Source of the DNA: a virus
DNA length: 64,000 nt
IMG/VR virus record: IMGVR_UViG_3300027816_000056
Direction: 5' to 3' (one strand)
Below the pieces are notes generated by a model, which ran no database searches, was not told the DNA's origin, and saw nothing but the letters and a program-made list of their open reading frames with translations. Positions 1 through 8,787 of the stretch are shown here, one piece after another. Position numbers and translations under genes: made by a program. Positions within the stretch are counted from its first letter, which is position 1. Each line of letters starts with the position of its first letter.

Positions 1-86
1 GCAGGACATTTATATGGTGCTCCTCTAAATCCTTCGAATGTTTTGATTAGTTCAATACCACCGGTACCTGTTTTTGTTATTTTCAT
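1..86 (-). CDS. Phage lysozyme/endolysin (GH24-like), N-terminal fragment running off the window
   Basis: Translated by hand (not in ORF track): MKITKTGTGGIELIKTFEGFRGAPYKCP.., matching the GIxLIKxFEG..Y.CPAG N-terminus of GH24 lysozymes; follows a holin-like gene. Confidence 0.85.
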   Translation of the reverse strand, partial: MKITKTGTGGIELIKTFEGFRGAPYKCP

Positions 87-102
87 GACTTGTTACTTGT
101 AT

Positions 103-321
103 TTATTTTTTTAATAGAAATTTTTCAGCAACATTGCCGGCAATGCAAATAATTACAATGGTTTTAACTGCATCTACTAGATCTGTAGATGGTTTAACAG
201 ATTCATGAGAATATGAATTCAACAACATTGTAACGGCAATAAATAAAAATCCAATAAATGCAATAACTCGTTTGATAGATGTATCTCCGCCAGTAAACAT
301 TTCTGTAATAAATTTTTTCAT
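103..321 (-). CDS. Putative holin
   Basis: 72 aa, two hydrophobic segments, basic C-terminus, directly upstream of lysozyme, AGGAG RBS. Confidence 0.65.
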   Translation of the reverse strand: MKKFITEMFTGGDTSIKRVIAFIGFLFIAVTMLLNSYSHESVKPSTDLVDAVKTIVIICIAGNVAEKFLLKK

Positions 322-344
322 GTAGCTCCTAATATACTTTCAAG

Positions 345-353
345 TATAAATAT
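345..353 (-). promoter_or_regulatory. ATATTTATA late-type promoter motif (lysis cassette)
   Basis: Exact copy of a 9-mer found upstream of 11 genes in the window. Confidence 0.6.
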
Positions 354-377
354 CAACTACAAACAAATAACAGAAAA

Positions 378-1286
378 CTAAATACCTAAATCTTTTTTAT
401 ATTGTTTGATCCATGTCGGTAAATCTCCAACAGGATTCCATCCTAAGATGTTACGAGCTTTTGTATTATCTGCTAATGTTTCTTTAGGCTCGATTCTAGG
501 ATATCCATACGTTTTTTCCCCACCCATCATATCAGCTACCTCATTAACTGAATAGTTTTTTCCGTTTCCAATGTTAAAAACTTCTCCATTTAACGGGTCG
601 ATGTATGTAGCTGCTAACCAATTAGCTTGTACTACATCATCTACGTATGTAAAATCTCTTCGTTGTTCTCCATCATTTGTAATAGTTAGCGGCAATCCAT
701 CTAACATTTGTTTTGCAAATATTCCCATTACTAAACAATAAGCTCCTTCAGTTGCCATTCGATTTCCATATACATTGAAATAACGAAGAGATACCGTATC
801 TAATCCGTATACCTGACTAAACATTTTACAATATTGTTCTCCGATTAATTTTTGAAGACCATATGGAGATAATGGATTGGTACCATGAGTTTCGGGTGTC
901 GGAAATTGTGTAGCATCTCCATATGCCGATGACGATGCACTATATACAACTCGTTTAACACCAGCTCGATGTGCTGCTAACAATACTTTAAGTGTACCTT
1001 GAACGTTTACCGTATTAAATGTAATGGGATCTTCTATAGATGGTTGCACCCGAGCCATAGCGGCAAAATGAAAAACAAAATCTACTTCATTGAATATATC
1101 AGTTAATTCATCAACATCGATTTTTGCTAAATCTTTGTTATAAAATTTTGCTAGATTATTTATGTTTTCTGCTTTACCCGTAGATAAGTTATCAATTACA
1201 ATTACATGACATCCTCGTTGTAACAAATAATCAGTCATATTTGAGCCTATAAATCCAGCCCCACCGGTTACTACTACTTTTTGCAT
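378..1286 (-). CDS. NAD-dependent nucleotide-sugar epimerase/dehydratase (extended SDR, GalE/WbpP-like)
   Basis: VTGGAGFIGS Rossmann motif, SSSAYG, YxxxK (YGLQK), RYFNVYG, RDFTYV. Confidence 0.92.
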   Translation of the reverse strand: MQKVVVTGGAGFIGSNMTDYLLQRGCHVIVIDNLSTGKAENINNLAKFYNKDLAKIDVDELTDIFNEVDFVFHFAAMARVQPSIEDPITFNTVNVQGTLKVLLAAHRAGVKRVVYSASSSAYGDATQFPTPETHGTNPLSPYGLQKLIGEQYCKMFSQVYGLDTVSLRYFNVYGNRMATEGAYCLVMGIFAKQMLDGLPLTITNDGEQRRDFTYVDDVVQANWLAATYIDPLNGEVFNIGNGKNYSVNEVADMMGGEKTYGYPRIEPKETLADNTKARNILGWNPVGDLPTWIKQYKKDLGI

Positions 1287-2476
1287 ATTATTAAATCTTT
1301 CTCATATGTTTCTAAATGATTAATTGTTATGTTTAATGTTCCTAATTGAAATGATCCTATTTCTCCGGATTGTTGAATAATTTCAGCAAGTTGCTGAATA
1401 TACATATAATCTTGATTACTCATTCGATTGCTATCTATTTCTACTACAATATCATTTTCTGACATAGGATCATTAAAACCAATACAAAATACTCGTTTAG
1501 TCAAATCAAATGTAGTATTAGATTGTTCCCGTTCAATATAATCTGCAGTTAAAACTTGCATATCATCATCAATATAAATTCTATCACACCATGGTTCTAA
1601 AAGTTCTAATAATGAAGCAGTACATGATTTGACTCGAAATGCAATGTTATATTTTGGCGGAATAATAGGTTTCATTAATTCATCATGTTTGCAAAAATGA
1701 CCCCATTTACGTATAAAATTACGCGTTGAACGTAAATTTTGAGCTTCCCATTCCGAACTGTTAGTTCCGGGAGTTGTTAGTGTTGGATTGAATCTACTAC
1801 CCCTGCAAGTCATATGATATACACAACCTTTCCATGTTTGTATAAATTTAACACCATTTAATTGAAAACGATTAAATATATCTGAATCTTCTTTAGACTG
1901 TGGTGCATATAATGTATCATGTCCTTTGATTTCTTGGAAATCTGATTTCATAAATGCCCATGGCGCAAATACTCCTTCTGTAACATGATTTCCTTTTAAC
2001 GGGTGACAATTAGTAAACCATTGTAAAAATGCAACTTCATTAAAGTTTTCAGGTTCAATTCCCCAATCAGCTAATACTTTTTCAGGACCGTCTGGATGTA
2101 ATGGTGGTTCAATCCTAGTTAACGAAACAATGCGTTTTGTACCAATATGTTTTTCAATTGCATCTAATGCGCCTGGACATAGATACATATCAGCATGATA
2201 TATGATACATATATCGTGTGTTGCAACCTCATTAACTAATCGGTCATATAATATAGTATGACCAAGTCTGTTAGGGCCTTCATTTCGTATAGCTTTAAAA
2301 TTTGTATCTTTATCCATCATTTCAAGACACCATTCCCATGTATCATCTTTATCACTGAAATCATCAGCAACGCAAATTTCTACTTCATGTTTACCTTGAT
2401 TTTTTCTAATTGCATCATAAGACCATTTAAGATACTTTAAATTGTTCCTGGAAGGTTGTATAAAACTTATTTTCAT
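1274..2476 (-). CDS. Glycosyltransferase family 2
   Basis: ISFIQPSRN, VADDFS, HADMY, EDSD motifs; start moved to MKISF at 2476. Confidence 0.8.
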   Translation of the reverse strand: MKISFIQPSRNNLKYLKWSYDAIRKNQGKHEVEICVADDFSDKDDTWEWCLEMMDKDTNFKAIRNEGPNRLGHTILYDRLVNEVATHDICIIYHADMYLCPGALDAIEKHIGTKRIVSLTRIEPPLHPDGPEKVLADWGIEPENFNEVAFLQWFTNCHPLKGNHVTEGVFAPWAFMKSDFQEIKGHDTLYAPQSKEDSDIFNRFQLNGVKFIQTWKGCVYHMTCRGSRFNPTLTTPGTNSSEWEAQNLRSTRNFIRKWGHFCKHDELMKPIIPPKYNIAFRVKSCTASLLELLEPWCDRIYIDDDMQVLTADYIEREQSNTTFDLTKRVFCIGFNDPMSENDIVVEIDSNRMSNQDYMYIQQLAEIIQQSGEIGSFQLGTLNITINHLETYEKDLIICKK

Positions 2477-3365
2477 GATATTTTTCTTTGTATAATTTTT
2501 TTGTTGTATTACTACAATATAAGTAAAATTCTTCATCTATCCTAAGTTTTTGCGCAATCATTCTAGCAGATTGTAAATCTCCTAGTTCAACTGTTAAATC
2601 TGGATGAAGTTGTTCTTGTGTATCTAATCCTCGATAACCAATGCATGGAATTCCTAGATATGAACAATTTAGGGCAAAGGTACCCGCGGCATGAGTTCGC
2701 ATTAAATGTATGCCGTATTTAAATTTATTAAGTGACTGAATCCAGGTTGTCCAATTCATATACGGAAAATGATTTAATAGCTGATCTTCATGTGACTGTT
2801 TTCTCCCCATCGATGGTGCCCATACAGTATTATCTAATTCTTGAGCAATCATATATGAATCAAAACCACTATACCATGAAACAAAATTACCTCCAATAAT
2901 AACACCGCTACGATCGATTACATCTAACTGGCCAACAGCATCCTCAATCATTAAAGATGGTAAAACACGAACATCTGGATGTGTCGTTAATCCTTGATAA
3001 TATTTACGATCGGATTCATTATGAGTAAAAATAATATCTGCACTAGTTAATGTGTTAAAATACCAAATTTGTTGATGTAATGGATAATCCTGCCAAAGCC
3101 AGTTAGGACCTTCTTGCATTATAGCTACTTGTTTACAAACCATTCGTAGTTTGTTAATATCAAATTCTGGATTGTTTTTTGGAATAATAACAATTCCTAA
3201 ATCAAATACCGGACTTTCGATATACTCAGTAGACTCCATTGCATGTTTAATATTAAAATGTTCTGCATCTAACGCACACATCCATGCAAATTCAGTTCTC
3301 ATATTATCATGGGTTCTGGAAATCTTCCCGTGGAAGCCCATCTCAGTAAAAAATGCTATTTTCAT
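2427..3365 (-). CDS. Putative GT-B fold glycosyltransferase
   Basis: MKIAFF start; C-terminal GTFALNCSYLGIPCIG resembles the GT4 E-x7-E/GxPVI region; glyco-island context. Confidence 0.6.
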   Translation of the reverse strand: MKIAFFTEMGFHGKISRTHDNMRTEFAWMCALDAEHFNIKHAMESTEYIESPVFDLGIVIIPKNNPEFDINKLRMVCKQVAIMQEGPNWLWQDYPLHQQIWYFNTLTSADIIFTHNESDRKYYQGLTTHPDVRVLPSLMIEDAVGQLDVIDRSGVIIGGNFVSWYSGFDSYMIAQELDNTVWAPSMGRKQSHEDQLLNHFPYMNWTTWIQSLNKFKYGIHLMRTHAAGTFALNCSYLGIPCIGYRGLDTQEQLHPDLTVELGDLQSARMIAQKLRIDEEFYLYCSNTTKKLYKEKYHENKFYTTFQEQFKVS

Positions 3366-3910
3366 ACAACTCGTTTTAGCACACTAAGACCAGGAAATTC
3401 TTCGATAACTAAATCAATTGTCCAATTTTCATTTAAAGACAGAAAATCATTCATAGCAGAATTTACTCCTGGGAACTTGATAATATCATGCATAATAATA
3501 TACTGTTTAACATCGCCTTCGAATAAATTTAATTCTTTTAAAACATGCGCATATGTATGCAACCCATCAATAAATAATAAATCTACATTAGATATGCGCA
3601 TTTTATGAGAAGATTTTTCCTCAAGAATTAGTTCAATTTTATTTGCATTACAAATTTCTTGATAATCCTTTAATTTAGGTTTAGCTCGATCGAATGATAT
3701 ATCGCATAATGTAATTTTACTAGGATTTGACTTTAACCATGCCCATGATGATATCATAGTTTCTACGCCAATTTCTACAATATGGCCGCCTTCGCATTTT
3801 TTTCCATATTGATATAATATATCCATTAAATGATGTATATATCTACTTTCGGGTGTTGTATGAAGTTTACACTGATCAAAATATTCATTAATTAATTCAA
3901 TTTGTTTCAT
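3362..3910 (-). CDS. Class I SAM-dependent methyltransferase (Methyltransf_24-like)
   Basis: IVEIGV, DLLFIDGLHTY, IIMHD. Confidence 0.8.
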   Translation of the reverse strand: MKQIELINEYFDQCKLHTTPESRYIHHLMDILYQYGKKCEGGHIVEIGVETMISSWAWLKSNPSKITLCDISFDRAKPKLKDYQEICNANKIELILEEKSSHKMRISNVDLLFIDGLHTYAHVLKELNLFEGDVKQYIIMHDIIKFPGVNSAMNDFLSLNENWTIDLVIEEFPGLSVLKRVV

Positions 3911-3928
3911 ATATATTTACCTTTTTAT

Positions 3929-4558
3929 TTATAATCTATACAATTGTCTTGCTTTGAATTTTTCAACGTATTTAATACCTTTTTTATAACTTTGATAGTT
4001 TAAATGAAATGATTCAAATACAGGACGTTGAAAATACCATCTATCTTTTTGAGAAGTAAAATATTGTAACTGATTAAACTTTTCATCGAATTGATCTGTA
4101 ATATCAACAAACATGTTTGGATACCATGTATCCAAAGTACTAGGCGTTCTATATTCAATGATACTTAGATTTTTAATTCTCGTTAGTGGATATGATAATT
4201 CGTTAACAAATTTATGTTCAAAATGCGAATCGTCTGATGTTGGAATAAATATGCATGCATGTTCATCCGTAATTATTTTTGTCTCAATAAAATTCACCCA
4301 GCCGTCGTGTCCTAATTCATCCATGTAATATGTTTCAGAAAACATTAATGAAACATTTGAATCTACATTTTCCCAAACATTCATAACTTCTTGATGTCTA
4401 GGTCTATCACTCGTTTCATCAAATTGTCCGCCAACTGTCATACAAAAAATATCAAAATGCGTATCTTGATATTTTCTTATCGTACCCATCATTGCATATT
4501 CAACATCATCTGGATGCGGCGCTAAACATAAAACTCTATCAAAATTTAAAAATTTCAT
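3929..4558 (-). CDS. PIG-L/LmbE-family N-acetyl-sugar deacetylase
   Basis: APHPDDVE, DSHFEH, FVDIT..K..YFTSQ. Confidence 0.88.
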   Translation of the reverse strand: MKFLNFDRVLCLAPHPDDVEYAMMGTIRKYQDTHFDIFCMTVGGQFDETSDRPRHQEVMNVWENVDSNVSLMFSETYYMDELGHDGWVNFIETKIITDEHACIFIPTSDDSHFEHKFVNELSYPLTRIKNLSIIEYRTPSTLDTWYPNMFVDITDQFDEKFNQLQYFTSQKDRWYFQRPVFESFHLNYQSYKKGIKYVEKFKARQLYRL

Positions 4559-5625
4559 TAAACTACCTCAAAATACGTATCATCAATTGCTTGTTCGGAT
4601 AAAATATCATTCATCCAAAATACACATATCAAATCATCATTACCAACATTGGTTAAATTGTGAGTATAATATGGCGGCATATCGATAACTTTATTGTCCG
4701 AATCTTTTATATTATAAGAAATAATTTTATTACTACCAATCTTTCGCATTTCAATCTTTGCATGTCCTTGTACTATACAAAAACGTTCAACTCGTTTTGT
4801 ATGAAAATGGTTTCCTCGAGTTACGTTAGGTTTTGTAGTCGAATAAAATATTTGTCCTTGTTCTTTCGAAATAACTAATTCTTTTAATTCACCCCGATTA
4901 TCTTCTATATGTTTAACATCAAATACAGGATTCATAATATATGATCGAAATGTTGTAAACATATTCAATTCAAATTCACTTTGAAATTTTGGTATTTTGC
5001 CTGTTTGAATATATGATAAAAAATTAGTCAACATTTCGGTAACGATGCCTATTGATGACATAACATCAAACTCAACATCAAATCGATGACCTAAAATTAT
5101 TTCATGAATTTGTTTGCATAAATTTTCTACATATAACAACGATATTGGATTATCTATAACATTAATTTTTTTATCTTGTATTAAAGAATCGCATAGCGTT
5201 GCAATAAATGAATTGTAATTTGGTTTACAAAATGGGCCATATATGTTCGGCAGTTTAATTGAAATAAAATTGTTATTTTTTGCCCATTTTGCGAATTGTT
5301 CTTTATTGTTTCTACGCCATTTGCCATATACATTATCTGCATCTTCATGAATCGATGATGTATAGATAACCAATGGCTGTGTTTGAATACTATCTAATGC
5401 TGAAATTAAATCGGTTGTACTTTGAATATTATTGTTGTATAATTCATTCTCATCTCCGCGATTTTTTTCTGCCATATGGATAATGACGTCGCATTTTTTT
5501 AAATTATGCAAATCTGCAAATAAATTCCTTTGCAATTGAATTACTTCAATATCTGTACATTTGTATTTAAAATATACATTTAAATGATATGAAATAAAAC
5601 CAGATCCATTTAATCCAATAATCAT
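4558..5625 (-). CDS. fnlB: SDR reductase with C-terminal cupin (FnlB/CapF/WbjC-like)
   Basis: N-terminal SDR with LPNIYGPFCKPNYNSFIAT; cupin DNRG..GQIFYSTTKP..RGNHFHTKRVERFCIVQG..DMPPYYTHNL. Confidence 0.8.
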   Translation of the reverse strand: MIIGLNGSGFISYHLNVYFKYKCTDIEVIQLQRNLFADLHNLKKCDVIIHMAEKNRGDENELYNNNIQSTTDLISALDSIQTQPLVIYTSSIHEDADNVYGKWRRNNKEQFAKWAKNNNFISIKLPNIYGPFCKPNYNSFIATLCDSLIQDKKINVIDNPISLLYVENLCKQIHEIILGHRFDVEFDVMSSIGIVTEMLTNFLSYIQTGKIPKFQSEFELNMFTTFRSYIMNPVFDVKHIEDNRGELKELVISKEQGQIFYSTTKPNVTRGNHFHTKRVERFCIVQGHAKIEMRKIGSNKIISYNIKDSDNKVIDMPPYYTHNLTNVGNDDLICVFWMNDILSEQAIDDTYFEVV

Positions 5626-6572
5626 ATTGTAATATTATTTTTCTTAAAAAAATTAGCAACATTATTTGTTACATGATATTGTGAACTAAACGGTAACTTT
5701 CCATAATCTTCATTACGTTTTTGAAATCCAATTAGATAATAATCTCCAGAATCTTCCGTACGTTGCCATTCTATTTCACTGATCATTTCTTCATGTAGTT
5801 TTTCTCCATCTCGAATTGGAATTTTATGAAATGCAATATCTGGTTTGCCGCATGCTTCTGCAATTGCTTTAACTAAATCCATTATGTTTAATGATTCAAT
5901 TTTTGGTATTGCAATTTTTCCGTGAGAGGTTGGATGATTGTATGCCCATTCTACTAAATTAATAGCTTGATCTAATGTCAATAAAAACCGAGTCATTTTG
6001 GTATCAGTGATTGGTAAAGATTCAACACCATCTTCGATCATCTTTTTAAATACTGGAATAATTGATCCGGTTGAATTTAAAACATTTCCATATCTTGCTA
6101 ATACTACTTTGATATCTGTTTGTTGTTTTGCAAATTCTACATATAATTGTTCTGCAATTGCTTTAGACATACCATATACATTTACCGGCTTACATGCTTT
6201 ATCTGTTGATATAAAAATTACCGTTTCTATTTTATGTGTACTCTCTTGAATAACATCTAATAAGTTTTGATGTCCATTAATGTTTACTTCAACCGATTCA
6301 TATGGATTTGCTTGGCATACCCAAACTGTTTTAACTGCTGCAGTGTTGATAACAATTTGTGGTTTGAATTCTTGAAATGATCTAGCAATTGACTGTTTGT
6401 CTTTAACATCTCCCAGTTTATATGTCACATTTGGAAATTCTAAACGCATTGCTTCTTGTTTATGTTCATTTCTAGATAACACCATAATATCGTTATTTTG
6501 ATAGTATCGTCTTACTAAATTGCTGCCCAATGCGCCTGTGCCACCGATAATTAAAATTCTTTTGTTTTTCAT
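5622..6572 (-). CDS. fnlA: UDP-GlcNAc 4,6-dehydratase (FnlA/CapE/PseB-like)
   Basis: GGTGALG, STDKACKPVNVYGMSK, RYGNVLNSTGS, MTRF, IRDGEKLHE; adjacent to fnlB-like gene. Confidence 0.8.
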   Translation of the reverse strand: MKNKRILIIGGTGALGSNLVRRYYQNNDIMVLSRNEHKQEAMRLEFPNVTYKLGDVKDKQSIARSFQEFKPQIVINTAAVKTVWVCQANPYESVEVNINGHQNLLDVIQESTHKIETVIFISTDKACKPVNVYGMSKAIAEQLYVEFAKQQTDIKVVLARYGNVLNSTGSIIPVFKKMIEDGVESLPITDTKMTRFLLTLDQAINLVEWAYNHPTSHGKIAIPKIESLNIMDLVKAIAEACGKPDIAFHKIPIRDGEKLHEEMISEIEWQRTEDSGDYYLIGFQKRNEDYGKLPFSSQYHVTNNVANFFKKNNITI

Positions 6573-6904
6573 ATTTCTTCGATCCTTTTTGCTTTATCAT
6601 CTATTACTAAATCAAAATGTGGTTTTTCGTCTCCGCATTTTAATTCATGAAATTTACATTTCCAATCATTTAATTGTTTCAGCGTAAATTCTTTATAATC
6701 TACACCCGAAACTGCACCTCGAGCTGTCCAATATATTATCTTCCATCCCGCATCATATAATGCATTAATTTTATCGATATGATGCTGAATTGGTTGTGCT
6801 AAATCATATCGACGAATATCTGGATAATGACATATAGTTTCATCGATATCAACTAATGCAATTTGTTGCGTTTTTGAATATGGGGTTGATTCATAAAATT
6901 TCAT
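6569..6904 (-). CDS. Small HAD-family phosphatase (capsule biosynthesis phosphatase-like)
   Basis: VDIDETIC, YWTARG, KP..DLVIDDK. Confidence 0.8.
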   Translation of the reverse strand: MKFYESTPYSKTQQIALVDIDETICHYPDIRRYDLAQPIQHHIDKINALYDAGWKIIYWTARGAVSGVDYKEFTLKQLNDWKCKFHELKCGDEKPHFDLVIDDKAKRIEEI

Positions 6905-7830
6905 ACGTATATAACATTTTTTACAAAGTTACCACTCGAAAATGGATCTTTTCTAATCTTGCCCTCGTTGATACCGCCATGATTAGATCCATATCGTTTG
7001 TTACCTAAAATATATGTTTTTGAAAATCTAGTAGACCATAAGTTCATACCAGTTTCATTTCCAACATTAAGTATTGCTTTTGATTTCAAATACATTTGTT
7101 CTCTAATTGATAACTGTAATTGTTTAACTTCTACAACACTGTTTAAATAATTCAATGATGTATCTTGAATAGGACGTTCGCCATAATAAAACCAATTCAA
7201 TTCATTATCAATAACATCAATTAAAACTTGTTCGTCTGATGTTGTTCCAAAGGTAGATGATACTGAAACATATGCATATGGTTTGTTATTCCAATATGTT
7301 TCGATGATATCATTGCCTTTTTTTATTTCGGCATCGTTAAAAAATATATCCGGATTACTATCTTGCATTTCAGAATCTTCAAATTGCCAAAATTTCAACA
7401 TTTGTTCGACTAATGGTATTTTTGAATTATCTAAATCATATATTCGATAATGATCGTGAAATATTTCTCCGTTATAGCTATCAATAAATGCGTCTACGTA
7501 TGGATTATTTTTAAAGATGTCTAAGGTTATGTTAGAGCAATCATACACGCCATAGCCCCACGTATTTAGCATCTCGCCAAATATAGAACGCAACATTTTA
7601 GGAGACGGAACATATACTTTGCAATTTGGATATTTTTGTTTTAATAAACGTGGCATTGCTGATATTACAGCCCAATCGCCTATACCATGACACGTTCGCA
7701 TTACAACAAATTCTTGTGCATCAAGATATTCATCGGGAATTGCGTATGCATTGTTTTTATTAAATCCTATTTTGCTAACTTCTCCTAAAGATGAAAGTTG
7801 ATTGTTATATATTCTAAAAAAATGTGCCAT
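6901..7830 (-). CDS. GT9/heptosyltransferase-like glycosyltransferase
   Basis: HGIGDW..MPRLLKQKYP, FKNNPYVD, VGNETG. Confidence 0.7.
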   Translation of the reverse strand: MAHFFRIYNNQLSSLGEVSKIGFNKNNAYAIPDEYLDAQEFVVMRTCHGIGDWAVISAMPRLLKQKYPNCKVYVPSPKMLRSIFGEMLNTWGYGVYDCSNITLDIFKNNPYVDAFIDSYNGEIFHDHYRIYDLDNSKIPLVEQMLKFWQFEDSEMQDSNPDIFFNDAEIKKGNDIIETYWNNKPYAYVSVSSTFGTTSDEQVLIDVIDNELNWFYYGERPIQDTSLNYLNSVVEVKQLQLSIREQMYLKSKAILNVGNETGMNLWSTRFSKTYILGNKRYGSNHGGINEGKIRKDPFSSGNFVKNVIYV

Positions 7831-8750
7831 TATAATACAATCTCATTAAAATATCTAACTACGGTTATTTCTTTTGGTTGATTGATAGTTATTGAAGCGC
7901 CGCTAAAATATTCTAACATCATTTCGGGAATATTAACTGAAGCTAATGTACTAAAAATTAAACCGCCACCAAATCTAGGATTAATTTCTAAAAAATAATA
8001 TTGCCCACCTTGTTCCTTTAGTTGGATACACGCCGGGCCTTTTATATTTAAATGCATACATATACGAGCACATTCATTTAAAATTTCATGATTATTAACA
8101 ATTCGTCCCTTAGTAGATATTCCAGCTTTTGTTTGAATTCGTTCGCGAACAATTCCTGTTAACATATTGGATGCTTCATCACATAATACATCAACTGAAT
8201 ATTCCGGGCCGTCTATAAATGTTTGAATTATAAATCCTTCGTCTACTTTTGGAAATCCGTTATCGATAATCTGAATATTTCTACTACCACTACCTCTAAT
8301 CGGTTTAATAATTTTTTTACCAGGAAATAATAATTTTGATGTCGACGTTAATGGCAGTTTAAATTTGTCTTTACATAAAGAATAAAATGAATACTTATCT
8401 TGACAAATGTCAATTGTTAATTTGCTCGGTATTAACAAATAAACGCCGGTGGCTCTAATTTGATCTTGAAATTTTGCCATCAATGCTACATCAGAATCGC
8501 CGGTTTGAAATATTACATTAATATTATACTGATTGATTAATTTAAGCAAAGCAGTTAACCATTCCTGTTCATTTGAACTATCTGGCAATGTTTCTCCTTT
8601 TTTTGCTAAAAACAATCCCGCGGCTGTTGGGTCTGAATCTGCAGCAACAATGGCAATATCATCTTTAAATTTACTACATTCTAAAGATTTAATAACACTT
8701 ATTGCGGCAGGTCCTCCCGCATGCGTAACTAATATTCGAAACAATTTCAT
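7830..8750 (-). CDS. ATP-grasp ligase (CarB-like, polysaccharide-locus type)
   Basis: CQDK, IIKPIRGSGSR, IIQTFIDGPEYSVD, FLEINPRFGGG. Confidence 0.88.
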   Translation of the reverse strand: MKLFRILVTHAGGPAAISVIKSLECSKFKDDIAIVAADSDPTAAGLFLAKKGETLPDSSNEQEWLTALLKLINQYNINVIFQTGDSDVALMAKFQDQIRATGVYLLIPSKLTIDICQDKYSFYSLCKDKFKLPLTSTSKLLFPGKKIIKPIRGSGSRNIQIIDNGFPKVDEGFIIQTFIDGPEYSVDVLCDEASNMLTGIVRERIQTKAGISTKGRIVNNHEILNECARICMHLNIKGPACIQLKEQGGQYYFLEINPRFGGGLIFSTLASVNIPEMMLEYFSGASITINQPKEITVVRYFNEIVL

Positions 8751-8758
8751 ATATTCTT

Positions 8759-8787
8759 ATTATGTATATTTTTTAAATAGATTCCAA
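8759..8787 (-). promoter_or_regulatory. Sigma70-like promoter TTGGAA-N17-CATAAT
   Basis: 17-nt spacer, -10 box 8 nt from the ATG at 8750. Confidence 0.45.
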
